From an uncultured Alphaproteobacteria bacterium (GTDB lineage Bacteria > Pseudomonadota > Alphaproteobacteria > HIMB59 > GCA-002718135), in NCBI GenBank assembly GCA_902620425.1, contig CACNHX010000001.1, positions 414,903-478,902 of the forward strand: a stretch of DNA of 64,000 nucleotides, in the 5' to 3' direction. A program made the position numbers and the translations under genes. Below the pieces are notes generated by a model. That model worked only from the letters and a program-made list of their open reading frames with translations. It did no database searches and was not told the origin of the DNA. Numbering within the stretch: the first letter of the stretch is position 1; every line of letters starts with the position of its first letter. This document shows, one piece after another, positions 45,276-59,999 of this stretch.

Positions 45276-45951
45276 AATTAATAGCATAAGAAAAGATTGG
45301 TCTCTTATTGAAACACTTATCGCAGAAGATAGAAAAATCCTAGATATTGGATGTGGTGATGGCGGTCTTATGGAACAATTAGAAAATAATCGTAATGCGA
45401 TAACTCACGGCATTGAATTAAATAGAGACCTAGCTGCAAATGCTATTGCAAGAGGTTTCAATGTTGTACATGGAAATGCCGAATTAGATTTGTCCCAATA
45501 TTCAAATAATAGTTTTGATTATGTAATTTTAAGTCAAACTTTACAAGCAATGATGAAGCCTAAAGATATTCTGTCTGAATTATTAAGAATAGGATCAAAA
45601 GCAATAGTTTCTTTTCCTAACTTTGGACATTGGAAAATAAGATTACAGCTTTTAATATCTGGAAGAATGCCAGTAACAGAAAGTTTACCTTATACATGGT
45701 ATGACACACCTAACATTCATTTTTTTACAATTAAGGATTTTTTGAATTTGTGTAATGAAATGAATATTGTAATTGAAAAAAGTATTGGATTAACATCAAA
45801 AGGTAAGCAATTTGATATAAGTGAATCAATTACTGGAGTTAATTTTTTCACTCACGAAGCTATCTTTTTATTAAGTTATAAAAATTTTGAACCAATAAAA
45901 ATTAAATCATCAAAAAAAGTTTTTGCAAAAAATTCTGTTATTGCAAATTAG
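45268..45951 (+). CDS. metW: Methionine biosynthesis protein MetW
   Basis: LDIGCGDG, SQTLQA, SFPNFGHW, WYDTPNIH; follows metX. Confidence 0.92.
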   Translation: MNKINSIRKDWSLIETLIAEDRKILDIGCGDGGLMEQLENNRNAITHGIELNRDLAANAIARGFNVVHGNAELDLSQYSNNSFDYVILSQTLQAMMKPKDILSELLRIGSKAIVSFPNFGHWKIRLQLLISGRMPVTESLPYTWYDTPNIHFFTIKDFLNLCNEMNIVIEKSIGLTSKGKQFDISESITGVNFFTHEAIFLLSYKNFEPIKIKSSKKVFAKNSVIAN

Positions 45952-45958
45952 TTATTAG

Positions 45959-46711
45959 ATGAAAGTTGAAATTATAAATCAATTAAAAGACAACTACTCT
46001 TTTGTTTTATATAATGACACACTTAAGAGTTGTGTTATAGATCCTGCTGACAGTAATCCTATATTAAATTTTGCTCTTGAAAACAATTTAACCATAGAAG
46101 ATATATTTATTACACATCATCATAAAGATCATACATCAGGTGTAAAAGGAATACTTAATGCTTTTCCAGAAGTTAATATACACTCTCCCAGTGCTCAGAT
46201 TGAAAATACAAGATTCGTTTTACGTGATGGAGATGAAGTCAACTCCTGCTTAAATACATTTAGAATAATAAAAACACCCGGGCATACATTAGATCATATA
46301 ATTTACTATGATGAAAACAATGGTGTTTTATTTTGTGGTGATACACTGTTCAGACTTGGTTGTGGTCGTGTGTTCGAAGGAACATTAAATGAAATGTTTA
46401 ACAGTTTACAAAAAATTAATGAATTTGATAAAAATACAATTATTTATTGTGGTCATGAATATACTTTAAACAATTTAAATTTTCTTGAGAAAACACTCAA
46501 AAAAGAAAGTTCTTATTTGACAGTTAGAAACAAAATTAATGATGATTTAAATAATAAAGGAAAATCCGTACCTTTTTTATTAGATGATGAACAACGCTAT
46601 AACTTATTCCTGAATCAAAATTCAAAAATAGGTACTATAATTAAGAAAGAGCTAGGTTTTACAGACTTTGAATTATTTGCTTATTTGCGAAAAGCAAAGG
46701 ATAGCTTTTAA
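45959..46711 (+). CDS. gloB: Hydroxyacylglutathione hydrolase (glyoxalase II)
   Basis: THHHKDH, TPGHTLDH, FCGDTLF, YCGHEYT. Confidence 0.9.
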   Translation: MKVEIINQLKDNYSFVLYNDTLKSCVIDPADSNPILNFALENNLTIEDIFITHHHKDHTSGVKGILNAFPEVNIHSPSAQIENTRFVLRDGDEVNSCLNTFRIIKTPGHTLDHIIYYDENNGVLFCGDTLFRLGCGRVFEGTLNEMFNSLQKINEFDKNTIIYCGHEYTLNNLNFLEKTLKKESSYLTVRNKINDDLNNKGKSVPFLLDDEQRYNLFLNQNSKIGTIIKKELGFTDFELFAYLRKAKDSF

Positions 46712-46791
46712 GGTCTTTATTTCCAGTATTTACGCCATATTTTTAATTTGACTATTAGCATAGTTCACTATAAACCGCGCCATCTAAAGAT

Positions 46792-47313
46792 ATGTTAGCA
46801 ATTTTCAAAACTGGTGGAAAGCAATACTCAGCAAGAGCTGGTCAGGTACTTAAGGTAGAAAAACTTGAGGGATCCAAAGGTGATAAAGTGTCTATTACTG
46901 ATGTATTAGCGATCAGTGATAAAAGCACAAATAGCTTAGGCGAGCCATTACTAAAAGATGCTTCAATTGAAGCAAAAATTGTTGATCAAATCAGAGATAA
47001 AAAAATAATAGTTTTTAAAAAAAGAAAAAGACAAAATTACAGACTAACACAAGGTCATAGACAATATCTAACTGTATTAAGAATAGAATCAATTTCTTAT
47101 GGTGGAAAAAAATCCACTGCTGAACCTGAAACAAAAAAAGTTAAAAAAACTGAAACTAAAGTTACTAAAGAAAAAATTGAGTCTAAAGAGGTAAAAGTTA
47201 CAAAAAAGAAGACGGTTGCAAAAAAAGCAGTAAATAAAGCTTCACCTACTAAGAAAAAATCAGTAAAGAAAACTGTTAAAAAAACTGTTAAAACTAAAAA
47301 AGAAGATAAATAA
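46792..47313 (+). CDS. rplU: 50S ribosomal protein L21 with Lys-rich C-terminal extension
   Basis: KTGGKQY...GHRQ core plus a ~70-aa basic tail. Confidence 0.95.
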   Translation: MLAIFKTGGKQYSARAGQVLKVEKLEGSKGDKVSITDVLAISDKSTNSLGEPLLKDASIEAKIVDQIRDKKIIVFKKRKRQNYRLTQGHRQYLTVLRIESISYGGKKSTAEPETKKVKKTETKVTKEKIESKEVKVTKKKTVAKKAVNKASPTKKKSVKKTVKKTVKTKKEDK

Positions 47314-47570
47314 TGGCAACGAAAAAAGCAGGTGGTAGTTCTAGGAATGGAAGAGACTCGGCGGGTCGAAGACTTGGAGTTAAGAAATTTGGCGGTGAAA
47401 ACGTAATAGCAGGAAACATTATTATTAGACAAAGAGGTACAAAGTTTCATCCAGGTGATAATGTTGGCATAGGTAAGGATCACACAATATTTGCTACAAT
47501 AAATGGAAAAGTAGCTTTTAAAAAAACAAGAGTAAGAACTTTTGTATCAGTTGTTCCCACAGAACAATAA
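47313..47570 (+). CDS. rpmA: 50S ribosomal protein L27
   Basis: [34 protein letters not shown]. Confidence 0.98.
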   Translation: MATKKAGGSSRNGRDSAGRRLGVKKFGGENVIAGNIIIRQRGTKFHPGDNVGIGKDHTIFATINGKVAFKKTRVRTFVSVVPTEQ

Positions 47571-47584
47571 TCCCAATTAATTAA

Positions 47585-49678
<2,094 letters not shown>

Positions 49679-49682
<4 letters not shown>

Positions 49683-50932
49683 GTATTGAAAATAATATTA
49701 TTGAATTAGGCAAAAAAGCAAAATCTGCCTCTCTAAATATGAAAGTCTGTAGCAGTGATCAAAAAAATCTTGCTTTAACAAAACTCACTAAAAATTTAGA
49801 TAAAAATAGAAATAAAATTCTTGAAGCAAATAAAATAGATTTAGAAAATGGTGAAAAAAAATCTTTAGCTAAGCCTTTAATAAATAGACTTACATTAACT
49901 GAAAAATCTATTGATGGATTGATTACATCAATTGAAGATATAATCGAAATACCAGATCCAATTGGCATTACGTTAGAAGAATGGGAAAGACCTAATGGTT
50001 TAAAGTTTCGTAAAATTTCAACACCACTTGGTGTATTAGGGGTAATTTATGAATCCAGACCGAACGTCACTGTTGATGCGTCTTGTCTTTCCATAAAATC
50101 TGGTAATTGTATAATTTTAAGAGGCGGTAGTGATAGTTTTCATTCCTCTAAAGAATTGGTAAATAATATTACAAATGCTTTCACGGAAGCTGGCCTCCCA
50201 GAACATTGTGTCCAAATGATTAATACACCTGAAAGAGAAGCAGTTGATCATTTACTAAGCATGAGAGATTATGTTGACGTTATTATTCCTAGGGGTGGCA
50301 AAGGTTTGATTGAAAAAATTAATTCAGCAAGCAAAATACCCGTTATCAAACATTTAGATGGTATATGTCATGTGTATGTAGATAAAGATGCTGATTTAAG
50401 CATTGCTGAAAAAGTAGTTTTTAATAGTAAAATGAGACGTCCTGAAATTTGTGGTGCTGCAGAAACACTTTTAATTGATGAAAAAATTAAAGACGAAGCA
50501 ATGAAAATATTAAAACCTCTAAAAGAAGTAAATTGTGAAATTCGAGGCGATGAATATATTCAGTCTTTAGATAACGATTTTAAAACGGCAAGTGAAGAAG
50601 ATTGGTCATTAGAATATTTAGATAAAATTTTATCAGTAAAAATTGTTTCAGGAGTTGATGAAGCGGTTAAGCATATAAATAATTATTCTTCTGGACATAC
50701 GGAAAGTATAATTACACAAAGTGAAAAAACCTTTGAAAAATTTTATAATAAAATTGACAGCGCAATAATACTTAAAAATGCATCTACACAATTTGCAGAT
50801 GGCGGTGAATTTGGTTTTGGTGCTGAGATAGGAATCTCAACAGACAAAATACATGTAAGAGGACCAGTGGGAACAAAACATTTAACTACATTTAAATATG
50901 TAGTTAATGGTAGTGGTCAGGAAAGACCTTAA
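49679..50932 (+). CDS. proA: Gamma-glutamyl phosphate reductase
   Basis: IYESRPNVT, ICGAAET, FADGGEFGFGAEIGIST, RGPVG. Confidence 0.96.
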
Positions 50933-51511
50933 TTGAAAAAGATTGGACTTCTGGGAGGGTCTTTTGATCCACCACATCGAGGGCATCTATTTATTTCAAA
51001 TGAAGCTAAAAAAGTATTACATCTAGATGAAATTTGGTGGTTAGTTACACCTCAGAACCCTTTGAAGATTTCAAAACCTGCAACATACGAAGAAAGATTA
51101 CAAAATTGTAAACAAATTACAAAAAATTTTCCTATAAAAATATTAGAAGTAGAAAAAAAAATTAAATCTCAATACTCTTATCAAACAATTAAATTTCTAA
51201 TTCAATATTATAAAAATATTAAATTTTTTTGGTTAATGGGTGCAGACAATTTAGTTAATTTCCACGAATGGGAAAAATGGCAATCAATTTTTCATATTAT
51301 CTCTATTGTTATTTTTAGAAGACATGGATATAATACAAATGCTTTGAAAAGTGTTGCAGCAAAAAAATTTATTCATCACAAATATATAGCTCAAGACATA
51401 GAACATGTTTCAAAAAAAATTCCTGCATGGACTTTGATTCAAAATAAAGAAATTAAAATTTCATCATCTGAAATTAGAAATCAAAGAAATAAATTAAGAG
51501 GCAAATATTAA
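50933..51511 (+). CDS. nadD: Nicotinate-nucleotide adenylyltransferase
   Basis: GGSFDPPHRGH, LMGADNL, ISSSEIR; TTG start. Confidence 0.92.
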   Translation: MKKIGLLGGSFDPPHRGHLFISNEAKKVLHLDEIWWLVTPQNPLKISKPATYEERLQNCKQITKNFPIKILEVEKKIKSQYSYQTIKFLIQYYKNIKFFWLMGADNLVNFHEWEKWQSIFHIISIVIFRRHGYNTNALKSVAAKKFIHHKYIAQDIEHVSKKIPAWTLIQNKEIKISSSEIRNQRNKLRGKY

Positions 51512-51860
51512 TAAAATTACTTCATTAACAGAAAATATTGTATCAATACTAAGTGATGCAAAAGCTGAAGATATAAAAGTAATTGATTTATCTAATAAAT
51601 CATCCGTTGCTGATGCCTTTGTGATTGCTACCTGTAGATCAACTAGACATTCAGATGCTACAGCAGATGAAATGGTAAAAAAATTAAAAAAAGCAGGGAT
51701 AAAATGTCCGAATCCTGAAGGAAGACCTCAATGTGACTGGATAATTGTTGATGCAGGTGAGATCATTGTTCATTTGTTTCGACAAGAAATTAGAGAATTA
51801 TATGCATTAGAAAAATTATGGGAAGTAAGCTTTGATTCTTCACAAACTAAACTAGCTTAA
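51507..51860 (+). CDS. rsfS: Ribosome silencing factor RsfS (probable non-canonical ATT start)
   Basis: In-frame extension upstream of the track's GTG gives KAEDIKVIDL...ADAFVIATCRSTRH, plus WIIVDAGEIIVHLF and YALEKLW. Start coordinate is inferred. Confidence 0.85.
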   Translation: MNKITSLTENIVSILSDAKAEDIKVIDLSNKSSVADAFVIATCRSTRHSDATADEMVKKLKKAGIKCPNPEGRPQCDWIIVDAGEIIVHLFRQEIRELYALEKLWEVSFDSSQTKLA

Positions 51861-51865
51861 AATAT

Positions 51866-53161
51866 ATGATAATTTCAAAAAATGTATTTTTAAAAGTAAT
51901 ACTACTGTTCACCCTCGTTACACTTCTTGCACCTAAAACATATGGATCTTCTTCAGATGAAGAAAAATATAAATATTTAGATCTATTTGGACAAGTATTT
52001 GATAGGGTAAGATCTTCCTATGTGGAAGAGGTTACGGATCAAGAATTAATTGAAAAAGCGATTGATGGAATGTTGTCAGGTTTAGATCCTCATTCTGGTT
52101 TTATGAATGAAGAAGTATTTCAAGAAATGCAAATGGATACTGAGGGTAAATTTGGTGGATTAGGTATTGAAATTACCATGGAGGAAGGTTTTGTGAAAGT
52201 CATTGCTCCGATAGAAGACACACCGGCATATGATGCTGGAGTTCTTGCAGGTGATTATATTATTCAAATAGACGAAACACCTGTTTTTGGTCTAACTCTA
52301 AATGAAGCTGTTGAATTAATGAGAGGTAAAAAAGGTGAGCCAATAGTAATTACTATTTCAAGAGCAAATACTGAACCCTTTGAGATTGAAATTATCAGAG
52401 ATTATATCAAAATTAGATCAGTTAAAAGTGAAGTGCTTAACAATATTGGATACTTAAGAATAACATCTTTTAATGAACAAACAGAAAGTGGTCTTCTAAA
52501 TGCTATAAAAAAGATTGAACAAGAAAAGAAAATAAAAGGTTACGTTTTAGATGTACGGTCAAACCCAGGCGGTCTTCTTACACAAGCAGTTAAGGTAACG
52601 GATATATTCTTGGAAAGAGGAGAAATTGTTTCAACAAGAGGTAGAGATAAAAAAGACATAAGAAGATATCGTGCAAAAAAATCTGATAGAACTAATGGAA
52701 AACCACTTGTTGTAATTATTGATGGTGGTTCTGCATCAGCTTCTGAAATTGTTGCAGGCGCACTTCAAGATCATAAAAGAGCAATCATTATAGGTACACA
52801 ATCTTTTGGAAAGGGTTCAGTTCAAACAATAATTCCTTTCCAAGTTTCAAATAGTGATAATCTAACTGGTATAAGATTAACTACCGCCAGATATTATACT
52901 CCTTCAGGTGAATCAATCCAAGGCAAGGGTATTGTTCCAGATATAATCATTGAACAAGGAGAATTTGAATCTTTTGATTATAAAAGATTTTCTGAATCGG
53001 ATCTAAAAGACTCTCTTGATAAAAATAATGAAGAAGATGTAGAAGAAAATGAAGATAATGAATTAAGTGAATTTGAAAAACGTTTAGAGATTGATTATCA
53101 ACTTCGAAGAGCCTTTGATCTTGTGCAAGGTGTAAGTCTCTTTAATGAAACTCAAGAATAA
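51866..53161 (+). CDS. ctpA: Carboxy-terminal processing protease (S41)
   Basis: LDPHS, GGLGIE (PDZ), DVRSNPGG, SASASEIVAG, FGKGSVQ. Confidence 0.93.
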   Translation: MIISKNVFLKVILLFTLVTLLAPKTYGSSSDEEKYKYLDLFGQVFDRVRSSYVEEVTDQELIEKAIDGMLSGLDPHSGFMNEEVFQEMQMDTEGKFGGLGIEITMEEGFVKVIAPIEDTPAYDAGVLAGDYIIQIDETPVFGLTLNEAVELMRGKKGEPIVITISRANTEPFEIEIIRDYIKIRSVKSEVLNNIGYLRITSFNEQTESGLLNAIKKIEQEKKIKGYVLDVRSNPGGLLTQAVKVTDIFLERGEIVSTRGRDKKDIRRYRAKKSDRTNGKPLVVIIDGGSASASEIVAGALQDHKRAIIIGTQSFGKGSVQTIIPFQVSNSDNLTGIRLTTARYYTPSGESIQGKGIVPDIIIEQGEFESFDYKRFSESDLKDSLDKNNEEDVEENEDNELSEFEKRLEIDYQLRRAFDLVQGVSLFNETQE

Positions 53162-53163
53162 TA

Positions 53164-53628
53164 ATGCAAAAAAAATATAGAAAATGTGTGGGAATGATGA
53201 TTCTCAATGCAAGAAATCAAATTTTAGTTGGTCGAAGATTAGATCATCCAAGTGGATATTGGCAAATGCCTCAAGGTGGTATCGATGAAAATGAAAATCC
53301 TGAAGAAGCAGTTTGGAGAGAAATGATGGAAGAAATTGGGACCAATAATGCTGATTTACATAAAATTTCTTCACAGTGGATTAATTATGAAATTCCAGAG
53401 GAGACCTTAAAACACCTTCCATGGGGAAAAACTTATATTGGTCAGACTCAAAAATGGTTTATTTTTAATTTTACTGGAAATAATGAAGACATAAATGTTG
53501 AAACACAAAATCCAGAATTTAGTGAATGGAAGTGGATAGAGCATTCAGAGCTTATTGAAAATGCTGTCCCTTTTAAAAGAAAAGTTTATGAGACTGTTTT
53601 GGCTGAATTTGAAGATAAATTTAATTAA
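53164..53628 (+). CDS. rppH: RNA pyrophosphohydrolase (Nudix)
   Basis: WQMPQGGID...REMMEEIG Nudix box, GQTQKWF, PEFSEWKW, PFKR. Confidence 0.92.
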   Translation: MQKKYRKCVGMMILNARNQILVGRRLDHPSGYWQMPQGGIDENENPEEAVWREMMEEIGTNNADLHKISSQWINYEIPEETLKHLPWGKTYIGQTQKWFIFNFTGNNEDINVETQNPEFSEWKWIEHSELIENAVPFKRKVYETVLAEFEDKFN

Positions 53629-53654
53629 ATAAAATTCAAACATCAAAATATCCT

Positions 53655-56600
53655 TTAATCATAAACGTTAGATAAAAGATCCACATTACCTCCCATTGCA
53701 ACTACATTATTTGAAATACTATATTCATAACAAAATTTCTTTAGATATTCAGGACCTCCTGCCTTAGGTCCTGTTCCTGACTTATTGTGTCCGCCAAATG
53801 GTTGTGAACCAACAACAGCTCCTACAATGTTCCTATTTATATATATATTTCCAACATTTATATTATTAATCACAGTACTTATTACTCTATCAATTCTACT
53901 ATGAATTCCTAAAGTTAAACCATAATTCAATGAATTTATTTGATTGCATAATTCATTTAAATTTTTCGATTTAAAAGTTAACACGTGAAGAACGGGGCCA
54001 AATATTTCATCCCTTACATCACTTATATTTTCAATTTCTATAATTGCAGGAGGGATGAAATTTCCCTGATTGACGTCTATAGCTAGTTGAAATTTTTTAT
54101 TAAACTGACTTAAATACCTCTCTATTTTTTCTAGAGACTGAACATCAATGACTGGGCCAACATCGGTAGAAATTAATTCTGGAGATGAAATAGATAGAGT
54201 CTCTAATGCCCCTTTTAGCATTAACATAGTTTTATTGTATACATTCTCCTCGATAAATAAAATTCTACACGCTGAACATCTTTGTCCAGCACTATTAAAT
54301 GCTGAATTAATAACATCATCCACCACATGTTCGGTAAGAGCAGAACTATCAGCAATAAGACAATTTAGTCCTCCTGTCTCAGCAATAAGATTAATTAGAT
54401 CTTCTCTTTGATGAAGTTGTTGTTGAATGATTTTAGCTGTGTTTAAAGACCCTGTAAATACAACGTTTTGCAACCCCTTTGTAGAAAAAACTGTTGGTCC
54501 AATATTTTCTCCTTTTCCAAGTACTAATGCTGCAGCCTCTTTTGGCAGACCTGCTTTTAATAATAACTTAAAAATGAAATAACTAATACCCGATGTTTGT
54601 TCTGCAGGTTTAACTAGCGTAACATTGCCAGTAATCAATGAAGCTATCATTTGACCAACATAAATAGCAACAGGAAAATTCCATGGGCTAATAACACATG
54701 TTAGACCACGTGCTTTTAATTTGTAGATGTTTTTTTCACCAGTTGGTCCTGGTAAATTATTTTCCTGAAGAATTTTTTTTGCTTCTTCAGCGTAATATCT
54801 ACAAAAATCTACAGCTTCACGTATGTCTGCGATAGAGTCTTGAATAGTTTTACCTGCCTCTTGAACGCAATAAGATACTAAGTTGTGATAATTTTTTTCT
54901 AATAAGTTTGCAAATTTATGGACTATTAAAATTCTTTCATCAAGAGAGCTACTTTTCCAATTTTGACTAAACCCATTTAGAGATTTAATTGCAGCGTTGA
55001 TTACAGACTCATCAGCAAAATAAGCCTCACCTATTTTTAAATTTAAGTCATATGGCTTTGCTATTTTTTCTTTTACTTTAGTAATTTGATCAATTCCATT
55101 AATAATAGAATAGGCCTTAACATCATGCAAAATTTGTAAATTTGAAAAAGTTGTAATATTTTTTTCTTCCGTTAGATCAACGCCATAAGAATTTTTTCTA
55201 TTAGGAAAAATACTTTCAGGTTTATTTATTTGGTTGTGCTCTATCATCGGTATTTTAGATAAAGGAGATTGGGTCAATTCATCTATAGTTGAATTTTTTT
55301 TATTCAACTGATGGATAAATGATGTGTTTGCTCCATTTTCTAGAAGTCTTCTCACTAAATAAGGGAGAAGGTCATTGTGTCCACCAACTGGCGCATATAC
55401 TCTGCATGAAAAATCTTCGTTATTATCAAAATGGTTGTAAATTTCGTCTCCCATTCCGTGTAGTTTTTGAAACTCATGAGGTTTATCCTTAAATAAGCAT
55501 TGCACATAAGCGATGGTAAAAGCATTATGAGTTGCAAACTGAGGAAAAATATTTTGTGATGTTTCTAAGATGTGAGCACATCTCAAATAAGATAAATCGG
55601 TTATAAATTTTTTAGTAAAAACAGGATAATTAATTAAGCCTTTTTCCTGCGCTAATTTTATTTCTGTATCCCAATATGCTCCTTTAACAAGACGCACATT
55701 CATTTTTTTATTTAATAATAAGAGTTTTGAACTTAACCAATGCAAAACAAACATCGCTCGTTGTTGATACGCTTGAACAGCTATACCAAACCCCGTATAT
55801 TCGCTATCAATTAGATCGCTATTCAAAATATCTTCAACTAAAAATAGAGATAGATTTAATCGATCCGCTTCTTCCGCATCAAAACAAATATCAACATTCA
55901 TGCTTTTAGCTAAATTTATTAATTCAAATAATTTTGGTAACAGTTCCTTTCTTAGAAGATCAAGTTTACTACGTTCATAACGAGGATGTAATGCTGATAA
56001 CTTAATAGAAATGCTATGTTGTTTTTTAGAAGTTGACTTACCTATCGTTAATATTGCATTTTTATAATTCTCAAAATACTTTGTTGAATCTGCATAAGTT
56101 CTTGCTCCTTCACCAAGCATATCAAAGGAATAGGCGTATATTGAGTCCTTTAACTTTGAAGAAAGCTTTGATGCTTTATGAATATCTTTTTCAAATATAA
56201 ATTGTTTAGCTAATAAATTAATTGATTGTTTAATTATTGTTCTTAAAACTGGCTTACTAATATTTTTTAATGCGGAGATGAATATATCAGTTTCATTTAG
56301 TTCCCCTTGCCTTAAGATTTTTCCTGTCATCAAAAAAGCAATAGATGAGATATTTACGAATATACTATTATCATTTTTAATATGATCTTTCCATTTACCT
56401 GAAGGTATTTTGTCTTCAATTAAATCATTAATGGTTTTGCTATCTGGAATTCTTAGCAGAGCCTCAGCGAGACACATCAATACTATACCTTCATCACTGG
56501 ACAAATCATATTCTTGCATTAACTTTTCAAAAGCATTGTAAGAATTATATTGCTTAGCAGAATCAATTATCTTTTTAGCATTATCTTTTATTTCATATTC

Positions 56601-56693
56601 ATGAATTGCCAGATACTCTGTAATCTGGGGAGTTAAATGCTCATGAGTAAATCTGACTTGATCAGTAAATTTGTTATTAAGTACATCTTTCAT
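53655..56693 (-). CDS. putA: Bifunctional proline dehydrogenase/P5C dehydrogenase (minimal type, no RHH DNA-binding domain)
   Basis: FDMLGEGA, SIKLSALHP, FDAEE, RLVKGAYWD, ATHNA, YLVRRLLENGAN, SAGQRCSA. Start refined to ATG 56693. Confidence 0.95.
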   Translation of the reverse strand: MKDVLNNKFTDQVRFTHEHLTPQITEYLAIHEYEIKDNAKKIIDSAKQYNSYNAFEKLMQEYDLSSDEGIVLMCLAEALLRIPDSKTINDLIEDKIPSGKWKDHIKNDNSIFVNISSIAFLMTGKILRQGELNETDIFISALKNISKPVLRTIIKQSINLLAKQFIFEKDIHKASKLSSKLKDSIYAYSFDMLGEGARTYADSTKYFENYKNAILTIGKSTSKKQHSISIKLSALHPRYERSKLDLLRKELLPKLFELINLAKSMNVDICFDAEEADRLNLSLFLVEDILNSDLIDSEYTGFGIAVQAYQQRAMFVLHWLSSKLLLLNKKMNVRLVKGAYWDTEIKLAQEKGLINYPVFTKKFITDLSYLRCAHILETSQNIFPQFATHNAFTIAYVQCLFKDKPHEFQKLHGMGDEIYNHFDNNEDFSCRVYAPVGGHNDLLPYLVRRLLENGANTSFIHQLNKKNSTIDELTQSPLSKIPMIEHNQINKPESIFPNRKNSYGVDLTEEKNITTFSNLQILHDVKAYSIINGIDQITKVKEKIAKPYDLNLKIGEAYFADESVINAAIKSLNGFSQNWKSSSLDERILIVHKFANLLEKNYHNLVSYCVQEAGKTIQDSIADIREAVDFCRYYAEEAKKILQENNLPGPTGEKNIYKLKARGLTCVISPWNFPVAIYVGQMIASLITGNVTLVKPAEQTSGISYFIFKLLLKAGLPKEAAALVLGKGENIGPTVFSTKGLQNVVFTGSLNTAKIIQQQLHQREDLINLIAETGGLNCLIADSSALTEHVVDDVINSAFNSAGQRCSACRILFIEENVYNKTMLMLKGALETLSISSPELISTDVGPVIDVQSLEKIERYLSQFNKKFQLAIDVNQGNFIPPAIIEIENISDVRDEIFGPVLHVLTFKSKNLNELCNQINSLNYGLTLGIHSRIDRVISTVINNINVGNIYINRNIVGAVVGSQPFGGHNKSGTGPKAGGPEYLKKFCYEYSISNNVVAMGGNVDLLSNVYD

Positions 56694-56825
56694 ATATTGC
56701 AATTTTAATATATTTTATGCAATAATTTTTACTGATAATTCTTAATTTATAATAAATTTTTCTTGTTAAAACGTGATAAATAAAATATTTTATTATAAAT
56801 ATACATAAATACGAGAAATTTTATT

Positions 56826-57263
56826 ATGATAGATAAAATAGATGATCAAATAATACGTATATTGGCAAAAAATGGACGCATTACTCTCAGTGATCTTGCC
56901 AAAGAAGTTAATTTGTCAATTTCTCCCTGCCAAGCTCGCTTAAAAAAATTAGAAGAAAAAAAATACATACTAGGATATCATGCAAGGATAAATTACGAGC
57001 AACTCCAAAAAGCTCATGTAGCTTTTGTTCAGGTAGTTTTGTCTGATACCAGGGCAAGTGCGTTAGAAAATTTTAATAGAGAGGTTAGTAAGTTAGAAAG
57101 TATAGAGCAATGTCATATGATAGCAGGGAGTTTCGATTATTTGTTAAAAGTAAGAACAAAAAATATATCAGAGTATAGATTGTTACTAGCAGAAAAAATT
57201 TCTTCTCTACCTAACGTAGCGTCCACGTCTACTTTTGTTTCAATGGAGTCGGTTAAAGATTAA
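56826..57263 (+). CDS. putR: Lrp/AsnC-family regulator divergent from putA
   Basis: N-terminal HTH (IDDQIIRIL...LSISPCQARLKKLE), CHMIAGSFDYLLKV; divergent from putA. Confidence 0.82.
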   Translation: MIDKIDDQIIRILAKNGRITLSDLAKEVNLSISPCQARLKKLEEKKYILGYHARINYEQLQKAHVAFVQVVLSDTRASALENFNREVSKLESIEQCHMIAGSFDYLLKVRTKNISEYRLLLAEKISSLPNVASTSTFVSMESVKD

Positions 57264-57268
57264 AACTA

Positions 57269-57666
57269 TTAAATCTTTTCGTAAAAACTAGAGTCAAGTG
57301 CTTCAATTTTTGCTTTAGCAATCGCTAGTTGATCTTTAGCTACATCAGTTTCTTGGCCACTTAGCTCCTCAATTTCTTTTTCAATAGATTGTTTTTCAAT
57401 TGTGTTTATTTCGTTAACACTCTCTGCTAAAACAATACACTTCTCCGGATTTACTTCAGCAAAACCACCAGAGACAAAGAAAGCCTTAAGAAGGTTTTTA
57501 TCTTCACCATAAACCATTACTCTTCCTGGTCTCAGTGAAGACATTACTTTGCTGTGTCCAGGAAGAACACCAAAATCGCCATCCTTTCCTGGAACAATAA
57601 TCATTCCAACCTCATCATTAAAAATGAGATTTTCAGGTGAAACTAAATCAAAAGAAATTGTTGCCA

Positions 57667-57667
<1 letters not shown>
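57269..57667 (-). CDS. atpC: ATP synthase F1 epsilon subunit
   Basis: LVSPE, GDFGVLPGH, VSGGFAEV. Confidence 0.96.
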
Positions 57668-59996
<2,329 letters not shown>

Positions 59997-59999
59997 AGA

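Noticed and set aside
46748-46774. rplU promoter TTGACT...TATAAA
   Set aside because: The spacer is only 15 bp and such hexamers are common in AT-rich DNA; not supportable without TSS data.
47130-47310. Tandem DNA repeat or CRISPR-like array (AAAACTGTTAA units)
   Set aside because: Short coding repeats of the L21 Lys-rich tail; no regular repeat-spacer structure and no cas genes in the window.
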